A DNA stretch of 64,000 nt from Cyanobacteriota bacterium (GTDB taxonomy: Bacteria; Cyanobacteriota; Cyanobacteriia; PCC-6307; Cyanobiaceae), in NCBI GenBank assembly GCA_046052125.1, contig JBJOMY010000003.1, forward strand, positions 96,001 through 160,000, given 5' to 3'. Of this stretch, positions 9,578 through 17,313 are shown piece after piece. The first letter of the stretch is position 1; every line of letters starts with the position of its first letter. The notes under the pieces are model-generated. The model searched no databases. It saw nothing but the letters and a program-made list of their open reading frames with translations, and was not told where the DNA came from. Made by a program: the position numbers and the translations under genes.

Positions 9578-10303
9578 ATGGCCGCCACCAGCCTCCATGC
9601 CGTCCGCCTGTACCGGATGGATCTGCCGGACCACCCTTGTCCCTGGGGCCTGCGGGCCGTGCGCCTCTTGCAGGAGCGGCACATTCCCTTTGAGGACCAT
9701 CGCCTCACCAGCACTGAGGCGGTGGACTCCTTCAAAGCGGCCCAGGGGGTGGCGACCACGCCCCAGATCTTTGCCGGCCCTGAGCGGATTGGCGGGTACA
9801 CCGAGCTGGCCGCACGGCTCGGCGTCCGGCCGGAAACGGCCGTGATCTCCTACACGCCGGTGGTGGCGGTGTTCAGCACTGCGGCCCTGATGGCGCTGGC
9901 GCTGAGCGCCGGGGTGAGCGGCTTCATGGGGTTCGCCATCTGCCTGCTGGCCATGCTCAAGCTGATGGATGTGGACGCGTTTGCGGCCAGCTTCCGCAAG
10001 TACGACCTGCTCAGCCAGCGTTGGCGGCCCTGGGGTCGCCTCTACCCAGGTATTGAGCTGCTGGTGGGCCTCGGCGTGTTGCTCCAACCCGAGCCCGCCG
10101 CCGCTTCCCAGCTGGTGGGCGCCGTAGCTGTGTGGCTTGGGGCGATGGGGATGGTGTCGGTGGGCAAGGCGGTGTTCAGCGATCACTTGGCGCTCAACTG
10201 CGCCTGTGTGGGCGGCAACTCAAAAACACCCCTTGGGGTGGTGAGTTTCGCCGAGAACCTGATCATGGCCGCCATGGGGGCCGTGATGCTCGCCGGCCGC
10301 TGA
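9578..10303 (+). CDS. Glutaredoxin-like domain + MauE/DoxX membrane protein
   Basis: CPWG...TTPQIF...IGGY glutaredoxin fold; membrane part with YDLL, YPGIE and NCACVGG. Confidence 0.85.
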   Translation: MAATSLHAVRLYRMDLPDHPCPWGLRAVRLLQERHIPFEDHRLTSTEAVDSFKAAQGVATTPQIFAGPERIGGYTELAARLGVRPETAVISYTPVVAVFSTAALMALALSAGVSGFMGFAICLLAMLKLMDVDAFAASFRKYDLLSQRWRPWGRLYPGIELLVGLGVLLQPEPAAASQLVGAVAVWLGAMGMVSVGKAVFSDHLALNCACVGGNSKTPLGVVSFAENLIMAAMGAVMLAGR

Positions 10304-10310
10304 GCGGCGA

Positions 10311-10595
10311 TCAGGCTCGGGTCCGGCTGCTGGAGAGGAGCATGGCAGTCCCGGAAACAATCACCACCAGGGTGAGGACACCCAGGAGCAACGAGTAATA
10401 CGGCTGCAGGTTGATCGGCCCAAACCGGCCGGTGTGGATCTTGACCAGCCAGAAGGCATCGATTCCCTGCTCCAGCAACAGGCTGTAAAGCGAGCCACTG
10501 GCCGCCGTGAGCAGCAGGGGGGCAGCCGCCAGGGGCACCACTACTCGGTGGGCGCGGCGGAACCTGGCGTTGAGGGCGCGCGGCATCGGCATCAT
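10311..10595 (-). CDS. Small PepSY-associated TM protein
   Basis: RRAHR...PLLLTAASG...LVKIHTG paired His TM motif. Confidence 0.75.
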   Translation of the reverse strand: MMPMPRALNARFRRAHRVVVPLAAAPLLLTAASGSLYSLLLEQGIDAFWLVKIHTGRFGPINLQPYYSLLLGVLTLVVIVSGTAMLLSSSRTRA

Positions 10596-10846
10596 TCCTG
10601 CCGCAGCTCCTTGTGCAGCATCGCCTCACCGCTGCAGGGCATCCACAGTCCGTTGGTCTGGTGTGTGCCTTTGCAGCCGAGCTCCTTGGCCCGCTGCTCC
10701 GCTTCTGCCTGGGTCTTGTACATGCCCTTGGCATGGGCCAGGGCCTGGTTGGGCAGCTGCAGAACAGACAACAGTGCCAAGGCACCAACCGCGAAATGTT
10801 GCTTGCGGATCCAATGGATCCGAACCTGTGAGAACAGGTAGGCCAT
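10592..10846 (-). CDS. DUF3721 family small secreted protein
   Basis: YKTQAEAEQRAKELGCKGTHQTNGLWMPC. Confidence 0.8.
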   Translation of the reverse strand: MAYLFSQVRIHWIRKQHFAVGALALLSVLQLPNQALAHAKGMYKTQAEAEQRAKELGCKGTHQTNGLWMPCSGEAMLHKELRQE

Positions 10847-10877
10847 CTGGAGAGGATTGACAGGACGCGGGTGGTGA

Positions 10878-11591
10878 TCAGAAGGAGAAAAGTGCATCGA
10901 ACTGGTAGTACTCAGGCTTGTCGAGCCCGTCATGCCTGAGCATGCGGCGCAGCTGGAGAATCTCGCGGCGTTGGGCGACGATGATCTGTCGCGCCAGGCG
11001 TTGGATGGTGGGGTTGCTGCTCTTCTTGAGCGCATCGTGAGCCATCACCAGCGCACCGCCGTGATGGGCGATCATCCCTTCCAGAAACCAGGTGACGCGG
11101 TTGTCCTTTGTTGGCGTGGAGCCCGTCATCTGCATCGCCTGAATCTGGGCAGCACTCATGCGCTCAAGGCTTCCCATGCTGTTGGGATCCCCACCGGCCT
11201 TCAGGGCCACGGGATAGACGGGGGCCTCGGGATACCAGGCCTTACGCCATTGCCCCATCGCCTTGACCTCCTGGGCCTGATCCCGCCAGATGTCCTTCCC
11301 CAGCGAGCCCACACCGGGCACACCGATGTCGAAGACAAACTCACTCATCCGCAGCGCGCCGGTGTGGTGCTGGACCATCGCATCGAGCCAGCGCAGGTCA
11401 TAGGTGCTTCCCGCTGGGCCCACGTCATGGTTGTGGGCGCTGTGATCCATGGGTGTGGCAGCCGGCGCTGATCCCGGCGCGGGAGCCGGAACAGCCATCT
11501 GATGGTGTTGATGGGGATCCATCTGGGCCAGGGCCGGAGCTGTAGCCCCAAGCAGGCCCAGCAGGGCAGTGGAGACGGCGGCGAGTCGCAT
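10878..11591 (-). CDS. DUF305 (CopM-like) His/Met-rich exported metal-binding protein
   Basis: Signal peptide, MDPHQHHQM, two DUF305 repeats (MVQHH..A..MS, MIAHH..A..MA). Confidence 0.88.
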   Translation of the reverse strand: MRLAAVSTALLGLLGATAPALAQMDPHQHHQMAVPAPAPGSAPAATPMDHSAHNHDVGPAGSTYDLRWLDAMVQHHTGALRMSEFVFDIGVPGVGSLGKDIWRDQAQEVKAMGQWRKAWYPEAPVYPVALKAGGDPNSMGSLERMSAAQIQAMQMTGSTPTKDNRVTWFLEGMIAHHGGALVMAHDALKKSSNPTIQRLARQIIVAQRREILQLRRMLRHDGLDKPEYYQFDALFSF

Positions 11592-11620
11592 GAAAACAGC
11601 AGGGGAAACGTCCAGCATTT

Positions 11621-11651
11621 AGCCTGCACCCTCCAGCGGGGGGAGAGTCAA
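11621..11651 (-). promoter_or_regulatory. MerR-type promoter/operator for the DUF305 operon
   Basis: Minus strand TTGACT-19 bp (CTCCCCCCGCTGGAGGGTG)-CAGGCT, same hexamers as the 9520 site; directly abuts the divergent MerR gene. Confidence 0.72.
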
Positions 11652-12062
11652 GTGGCTGCGCGACATCCAGCGGGCCTGCTGCCCGGGGCGCTCGAAAAGA
11701 TCGGCGCGGTGGCCAGCCGCTCGGGCCTGACGGTCAAAACCATTCGCTTCTACTGCGACGAGGGCTTGATTCAGCCGAGCAGCCGCAGCGAGGGCGGCTA
11801 CCGCCTGTTTGATGAGGGCGTCTTCGCTGAACTCGCCCTGATCCGCACCCTGCGGGCGATGGAGATCTCACTGCCGGATGTGCGCCGGATCCTCGAGGCG
11901 CGGCGTTCAGGCATCTGCACCTGCAGTGATCTGAAGGCACGGATCCGCAGCAAGGCCGGCGAGATCGGCGAGAAGATCGTCGCGATGCAGAACCTCCAAT
12001 CTGAACTGTTTGGCCTGCTCAACAGCTGGGAAGCCTGCGGCGGCAAAACTCCAGGTTCATGA
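11652..12062 (+). CDS. Heavy-metal-responsive MerR-family regulator
   Basis: KIGAVASRSGLTVKTIRFY..EGLI...RSEGGYRLF HTH; CTC and C-terminal CGG; GTG start assumed. Confidence 0.88.
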   Translation: MAARHPAGLLPGALEKIGAVASRSGLTVKTIRFYCDEGLIQPSSRSEGGYRLFDEGVFAELALIRTLRAMEISLPDVRRILEARRSGICTCSDLKARIRSKAGEIGEKIVAMQNLQSELFGLLNSWEACGGKTPGS

Positions 12063-12087
12063 CCGTGATGAGGCGCTGTGCTGGCGC

Positions 12088-12291
12088 TCAGTGTTCGCGG
12101 GGGGCCAACTGGCGCACTGACTCCCCAACTGGATGGATTGTTTCCAGCTGCAGGGTGCTCTTCCGAACCCCCAGCCGTGCCAACTGCTGCTGCGCCAGGA
12201 TCAGCAGTTGATCACGACTGAGCCCTTCCGCCGTCAGTTGCTGAGGATTGATAACCACGTGGGCGGTGAGTGCGGCGCGCGAGGTGCCCAA
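12088..12291 (-). pseudogene. C-terminal remnant of a CDF (CzcD-like) transporter
   Basis: LGTSRAALTAHVV...LARLGVRKSTLQLE resembles the CDF cytoplasmic tail; no TM domain present. Confidence 0.55.
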
Positions 12292-12401
12292 CCGAACAGT
12301 CCCAAGCAACCGGGCGCGACGATGTTGGGGATCTCGTCGCGCAGCTGCATCAGCCAGCGGCCATCCTGCTGCAGCATGGCCAGGGCGATTTCAACGGCCA
12401 T
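12281..12401 (-). pseudogene. N-terminal remnant of a NUDIX hydrolase
   Basis: MAVEIALAMLQQDGRWLMQLRDEIPNIVAPGCLGLFG, cut off at the start of the Nudix box. Confidence 0.65.
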
Positions 12402-12410
12402 GGCTCGGGC

Positions 12411-12653
12411 TCAGGCTGCGGCCGGCCGGCGCCGCTGCGTGGCATAGACCGCTGCTCCACCAGCCGCCAGCACCAAGCCACCGCTGATGGCCAGGAACAC
12501 CAGGGTCTGCAGCAACAGCAGCAAGATCCCCAAGGCCGAGCCGGCCGCGATCTGCACCCTGGCCTTGATCAGCAGGGTGAGCAGCAGCAGCACGGTGGCC
12601 TTGAGGGCGAGCACCTTTGCCGTGCTGAACGGACAGAACGGGTTCAGAAGCAC
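12411..12653 (-). CDS. Small hypothetical membrane protein
   Basis: Two hydrophobic helices; GTG start assumed. Confidence 0.5.
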   Translation of the reverse strand: MLLNPFCPFSTAKVLALKATVLLLLTLLIKARVQIAAGSALGILLLLLQTLVFLAISGGLVLAAGGAAVYATQRRRPAAA

Positions 12654-12709
12654 GGGGTGATCACGGGTATCCCCATGCTGGCGGGCCGATCCGGGTGCGG
12701 TGGTTTCAC

Positions 12710-12994
12710 TCAAGCCCTGGGCGGCTGCGGTGGGATCCACTGAGGTGGACAGGCCCGCCAACCGGCCCGGCGCTTCTGGGCCCAAAGCTTCATCGCCTGC
12801 TCCCGCGTCAGCTCCTTGCGGCGTTTCAGCAGGGGTGTCGCCTCCCCGGGAATCAACTCCCCCAGCGTCACCTCCAGGATCTGGCTCCAGCGGTCGTAGC
12901 GGCGCGGCTGGAAATGCAGGACCTGACGGCCATCACTGATCCAGCCCTCCTGCGGGGAGCGCGGCGGCCGGCCGGATCTGCCCGTCACGTTCAT
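12710..12994 (-). CDS. DUF1651 family protein
   Basis: EGWISDG...LHFQP...PLLKRRKELTREQA..LW....GW...PQW. Confidence 0.8.
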   Translation of the reverse strand: MNVTGRSGRPPRSPQEGWISDGRQVLHFQPRRYDRWSQILEVTLGELIPGEATPLLKRRKELTREQAMKLWAQKRRAGWRACPPQWIPPQPPRA

Positions 12995-13001
12995 CGGCCG
13001 A

Positions 13002-13286
13002 TCAAGCCACCTCCGGCGCCCAGCCACGGCTGCGCGTCATGTCATCGGTCCAGCCCTGGCAGCGCCTAGTGAGGTGCTCGCCGTGGGCGATCAGCCCTTG
13101 GTGCAGCTGGCAGGTGAGCACGGGGATGCAGTTCACACCGGCGTGATGCCTGAACCAGTGGCAGGTCATGCAGACCTTGCGGCTGCGGGTCTTGAGCAGC
13201 ACGGCCTCATCGAGGTAATGCCACTCCTCGATAGGGATTTCAAGCCGGGCGGCCAGGACCGCAGGCCGAGGCAAGGGGATGGCCAT
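13002..13286 (-). CDS. Small Cys/His-rich putative metal-binding protein (picocyanobacterial island family)
   Basis: CMTCHWF...C...CQLH...H...C..W. Confidence 0.7.
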   Translation of the reverse strand: MAIPLPRPAVLAARLEIPIEEWHYLDEAVLLKTRSRKVCMTCHWFRHHAGVNCIPVLTCQLHQGLIAHGEHLTRRCQGWTDDMTRSRGWAPEVA

Positions 13287-13301
13287 GACTCATTCCAGAT
13301 G

Positions 13302-13315
13302 CGTACATCTGCACT
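13302..13315. promoter_or_regulatory. LexA (SOS) box
   Basis: Minus strand AGTGCAGATGTACG vs the cyanobacterial AGTAC-N4-GTACT consensus, just upstream of ATG 13286. Confidence 0.6.
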
Positions 13316-13395
13316 AGCACGTCTCCAGTCTTCTGACTGCCGCCGATTTGCTGGGCCGACCTGGCGACGGTTGACCAGCCTGCTAGTTTTCGGAC

Positions 13396-13450
13396 AGCAA
13401 CACCCCCCAGGCCTCTGCCGGCCTCCGGCACGCCCAAACAGGGGGGTCAC
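13396..13450 (+). ncRNA. Candidate AbiF-associated structured RNA
   Basis: ACCCCCC 13402-13408 pairs with GGGGGGT 13441-13447 and encloses the hairpin TGCCGG-CCT-CCGGCA; extended -10 TGcTAGTTT at 13381-13389. Confidence 0.45.
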
Positions 13451-13469
13451 TCTTCCCAGCGGACGTTTG

Positions 13470-14392
13470 TTGAGGTACTCCAAGCCTCCGCTGAACATTC
13501 CAGATCAGCTGCAGCAGTTACGCGAACGAGACCTGCTTGTTGGGTCAGACGACCTGGCGCTGAATGCTCTCGAACTGATCGGCTACTACCGCTTGAGCGC
13601 GTATTGGCTGTTTTTTGAGGAACCTCCAGCTCCAGGAGAGACCAGAAGCCACCGTTTCAGGCCTGGCACCAGTTTTGAGCAGGTGATTGAGCTCTACAAC
13701 AAGGATCGTCTGATTCGGTTGCTGGTGATTGATGCGATTGAGCGGATCGAAATCGCGGCCAGATCAGCTTGGGTTCAGGAAATGAGCAGGAAGCATGGCC
13801 CCCACTGTTACCTCGATCCACTGCTGTTCCGACCTGACTTCAATCACGGCGAACAGCTCGAGCAATTACGTAGTCAGATTCAGCAGAGCAACGAAACCTT
13901 CGTGATCCATTACCGGCAGACCTATTCAGAGCCCGAGCTGCCCCCAATCTGGGCCATGACGGAGCTGATCTCCCTTGGCACCCTTCGAGCCTGGATTGCC
14001 CCGCTTCAGAACTGGACAGCAAGACCAAGGTGGCACGATCCCTGGGAATGCCATCGGCCCAAGTGCTCAATGGTGTATTGCACTCCCTGAATCTGATCCG
14101 AAATATCAGCGCTCATCACGGCAGGCTCTGGAACCGACTGATTGTGAAGCGGCTCCCAAAGATCAAGAAGCTCCAGCACATCCTTGTGCTGGAGGACGTT
14201 GACGGAGAAGGGGTCCAGCCATCCAAGAATCTGTACAACTACCTTGTCGTGATGGCCATCATTGTGCGCAAGGTTGCGCCTCTCAGCACCTGGCCATCGC
14301 GCATGGCGAAAGTCATTTCACCAATGCCAAGCGAGCAGCAAGAAGCCATGGGCTGCCCTGTGGGCTGGCAAGAGCAACAGATCTGGAGTTGA
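13470..14392 (+). pseudogene. Abi family (AbiD/AbiF, Abi_2) HEPN protein, frameshifted near 14000
   Basis: YSKPPL..DQ...IGYYRLSAY, IERIEIA.R, PPIW...E..SLG; continues in another frame to RNISAHHGRLWNR; 923 nt is one base short of an intact ORF. Confidence 0.85.
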
Positions 14393-14444
14393 CCGGTCCC
14401 ATCGACACCCATAGCCCAATGAGGTGGAACCACTTCGGATCCGC

Positions 14445-15221
14445 TCATCTGGCCTCCAACGCAGCTCCGGGAACCACCACGGGATGCATGTCGCCGGTGT
14501 GCGACACCAAGAACGCTTCGATCCATTCGTGGTGACGCCGCTGGCAGATCCGATCGGCGATCGAGGGGGCATCAGCCGGCACCTGAAAGCGCTTGCGGAA
14601 CGCCTTGGTGAAGCCCTCCAGAGCAGGGCGGGGCAACCCCCGCACGGTGGCCAGGATCTGCTGGACGGTGGCGGGATCGAGGGGTTCCAGGCCCACCTCT
14701 GCCGTGGGCTCGGCAGCGGCGCTGTTGCGCTGAGGCGCCGGTGTGTGGCGGACTGGTGCGGGAACAGTTGAGCTGGTGACCTCCCGCTGCTGCTTGTCGT
14801 AGAGCGCCAGCCCAAACGGATTGCCGAAGGTCATCAGCGCCCGCTTCATGGCGTCGGTCTCGGCCTCCTTGAGGGCGGACTCGTGGGCCTGGCCCAGGTC
14901 GGCGTCGATGCCGTGGCCGGCACCGCTGCCCTCTCGGATGACATCGCCGACACGGATACGAACGCGAGCGGTGTAAGTGACACCCCAGCCAGCACGGCTG
15001 CTGCTGCCCAGGGTGCGCTCCCGCTCAGAGACGCACTGCACGGCGATCGTTTCGCGCTGCCAGCCATCGAAGCCAAAGATGCGGTTGGCTTCTGCGATGG
15101 CTTGCCAACCCTCCAGGTAGGCCAGGGAGCGGCCAGCCTGGCTGCGGGTCTGGACCTTGGCGCGATCGAGTGGGGCACTGAGAGCAGCGATCTGCTCGGG
15201 GGAGAAGACAGCGGTGGCCAT
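14445..15221 (-). CDS. Rad52/Rad22 family single-strand annealing protein
   Basis: YLEGWQAIAEANRIFGFDGW...REGSGAGHG...A.KEAETDAMKRAL..FGNPFGLALYDK. Confidence 0.93.
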   Translation of the reverse strand: MATAVFSPEQIAALSAPLDRAKVQTRSQAGRSLAYLEGWQAIAEANRIFGFDGWQRETIAVQCVSERERTLGSSSRAGWGVTYTARVRIRVGDVIREGSGAGHGIDADLGQAHESALKEAETDAMKRALMTFGNPFGLALYDKQQREVTSSTVPAPVRHTPAPQRNSAAAEPTAEVGLEPLDPATVQQILATVRGLPRPALEGFTKAFRKRFQVPADAPSIADRICQRRHHEWIEAFLVSHTGDMHPVVVPGAALEAR

Positions 15222-15316
15222 GGTGGAGCTCCGGGCGAAAAGGGCTGGGGATTGCAATTGAGGGACGTGGGCCCGCCCGTACAGCAGGCCCATGTCGACG
15301 GGGGGCTCTGCCCCCC

Positions 15317-15943
15317 TCAGTGGATGCGCCAGCTGCGGCGGGAGAGGAGCTGGGCGCCGGTGATCTGGCGGCCGGCCTTGAGGGCCTCTTTGATGGCGGC
15401 CTTGTCCGGCTTGCTGGTGGTGGTGACGGCGAGCCATTCGGAATCGAGGGCCTGCTCGTCGTCGATCACGACGGCCGTGGATTTGCGGCTGCTGAGCTCG
15501 TGGTTCGGGAACGAGAACCGGGTGGCGCTGGGCTGCAGCTGGGTGAGGACAAAGATCAGCGACTCCTCAAGGGCATCGGCTCGGCCTGCATCGGAGCGGG
15601 CCAGATCGCTGAGGCGCTTGGCCTGCTGCTGGCGGTAAGCGGCCTGGCCACGCAGGTGTTCGATCACCCAGCAGGTGGCATCGGCCTTGGCTGAAAGGGC
15701 CTGCTTGTTGCCCTCTTCTGCCAGCAGGGCGGCCTCCAGCTCAGCCAAAGCTGATGCGCGCTGTTCGGGGTCATCGCCTTCCAGCTGCTCAGCCAGCTGG
15801 CCGATGGCGGTGGTGAGCTCTTGGGCCTCGATGCCCAGCTGCCACAGCGAACCGGACCGCTGGAGGGAACAGACCGGACCTGCCGCTGAGGGAGCCGACT
15901 CCAGGACAGCAGCGGAGGCGGGGATGGGAGTGAGAACAGCCAT
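15317..15943 (-). CDS. Siphovirus Gp157 family protein
   Basis: Coiled coil followed by SRKSTAVVI...PDKAAIKEALKAGRQITGAQL...WRI. Confidence 0.88.
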   Translation of the reverse strand: MAVLTPIPASAAVLESAPSAAGPVCSLQRSGSLWQLGIEAQELTTAIGQLAEQLEGDDPEQRASALAELEAALLAEEGNKQALSAKADATCWVIEHLRGQAAYRQQQAKRLSDLARSDAGRADALEESLIFVLTQLQPSATRFSFPNHELSSRKSTAVVIDDEQALDSEWLAVTTTSKPDKAAIKEALKAGRQITGAQLLSRRSWRIH

Positions 15944-16002
15944 GAGGGTGTGGGGAATGAATGAACCAGAGACAGAACGGAGCGCCGATAGGGCGGAAGG
16001 CT

Positions 16003-16497
16003 TCAGGAGCGGGCGGAGGCAGGAACAGCCCAGAGCCCGGCCGAGGGGCTGACTTGCGCAACCGAGATCGGCACCGGAGATCGGGGGGCCATGCTCCGGG
16101 CCTGCTGCACCAGCGAGGCGGTGCCTGCGCCGCCGGGGAAGGCCACCACCAGCACCGAAGCGATCGAGCCGGGGGAGGTGTGAGCCACTGCTCGGGCAAT
16201 GGCCTGCTGGAGCAGCTCACGATTGCGGATTGGCCCGGCGGCCCGGCCGTGGCGCTCCCACTGGGCCGGCATCACCAGAGACGACCAGCCCAGCTGATGG
16301 GCCGCTCGGCCGATGGCGGCATCGGCGCCGCGGGCACCGCCATGGAGCAGCAGGTGCACCAGCCTGCCGCCGCTACGGGCGAGCAGCTCAGCGGCGACCC
16401 GCTGATGCGGCCAGGCCAGATCACGGCCGCCACCAGCCGCGATCACAAGCGAGTAAGCAGAGCCCGAAAGCGGCTCGAGTGAATGACAAATAACCAT
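16003..16497 (-). CDS. DUF2493 / YspA-like SLOG family protein
   Basis: GGGRD, LLHGGARGAD, W..HGRAAGPIRN, AFPGGAGTASLV. Confidence 0.88.
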   Translation of the reverse strand: MVICHSLEPLSGSAYSLVIAAGGGRDLAWPHQRVAAELLARSGGRLVHLLLHGGARGADAAIGRAAHQLGWSSLVMPAQWERHGRAAGPIRNRELLQQAIARAVAHTSPGSIASVLVVAFPGGAGTASLVQQARSMAPRSPVPISVAQVSPSAGLWAVPASARS

Positions 16498-16633
16498 GGA
16501 ATCAGTTGCCAAAAGTGACAACTGATCGGGGCATCATAACCGCTCAGAGATACGCGGCTTTGATGGCGAGATCAGGCGATGAGGTTGCCGCAGGCGATGG
16601 GCTCGGGGCCTTTGGCGTAACCCTTATTCTACC

Positions 16634-16647
16634 AGTACAGATGCACT
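16634..16647. promoter_or_regulatory. LexA (SOS) box adjacent to an extended -10 promoter
   Basis: AGTACAGATGCACT; on the minus strand it is followed by TGgTAGAAT (-10 at 16631-16626). Confidence 0.7.
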
Positions 16648-16876
16648 CTAGAGGCAGCAGAGCCACTGCGATGCAATGGATCTACGAAAAGCTGAGCTCC
16701 ATAGAGGAGCCCCGGCTCGCTGAGAATCAAGACCATCAGATCTGAGCCGAATCAACCCGCCCCCGCCGCGCAGCTGCGAGAGAATCGCTGGGGCCCCTAT
16801 GGCAGCTACCGCCGGTGACCAGCCCTTAGGCCACCGCAGCCGCGGGAGAGCAGCACGGCAAGCGTGACCTTCGCCA

Positions 16877-17003
16877 CCCATCCCGGCGGCGGCGAGGAGC
16901 AAGGCCAACATGCGAGCGCAAGGGTCGGTGACCGCGTAGCGGCCTCACCGACTCGCGCAGCCCTTGCGCCGCATGGCACCATCGCGCCCCGCTGCCGGGT
17001 GGG
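16877..17003. repeat. Long nested inverted repeat (~130-nt stem-loop)
   Basis: Nested pairs CCCATCCCGGCGGCGG/CCGCTGCCGGGTGGG, CATGC/GCATG, GCGCAAGGG/CCCTTGCGC, TCGGTGA/TCACCGA, CCGC-GTA-GCGG. Confidence 0.75.
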
Positions 17004-17175
17004 GACTTCAGTGCCCGATATCCAATTGCTGGAAGAGCTTCAGAGATTTGAGGGAAGACGTTCCGCGAAGCGCCTGGAGGCGCCTGCCGCTCAGCGCCCA
17101 GAGGTCTCCGCAACAGGCGATTTCGCAATCAATCGAGGGCTAAGAGGGCCTGGGAGAGGGGGCCCCGGATGGCCG

Positions 17176-17199
17176 GCCATCTCACATGCCATCTCACAT
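17176..17199. repeat. Tandem 12-bp direct repeat GCCATCTCACAT x2 (candidate integrase arm sites)
   Basis: Exact tandem copies about 30 bp from the tRNA 3' end. Confidence 0.7.
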
Positions 17200-17227
17200 G
17201 GCCCTTGGCCAATCCCTGAGAAGTCAA

Positions 17228-17301
17228 TCGGGGCGACAGGATTCGAACCTGCGACCTAGTGCTCCCAAAGCACCCGCGCTACCAAGCTGCGCCACGCCCC
17301 G
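17228..17301 (-). tRNA. tRNA-Pro(TGG)
   Basis: CGGGGCGTGGCGCAGCTTGGTAGCGCGGGTGCTTTGGGAGCACTAGGTCGCAGGTTCGAATCCTGTCGCCCCGA cloverleaf; CCA not encoded. Confidence 0.97.
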
Positions 17302-17313
17302 CCGCACCGGAGC

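Larger units (their letters stand above)
1..17227. mobile_element. Integrative element / genomic island, right end at tRNA-Pro(TGG); left end outside window
   Basis: Abuts the tRNA 3' end. Carries Rad52, Gp157, SLOG, Abi, thermonuclease and metal-resistance cargo. Core genes resume directly on the other side of the tRNA. No integrase seen in window. Confidence 0.8.

Noticed and set aside
14445..16497. Calling the region a prophage
   Set aside because: No terminase, capsid, tail or lysis genes in the window
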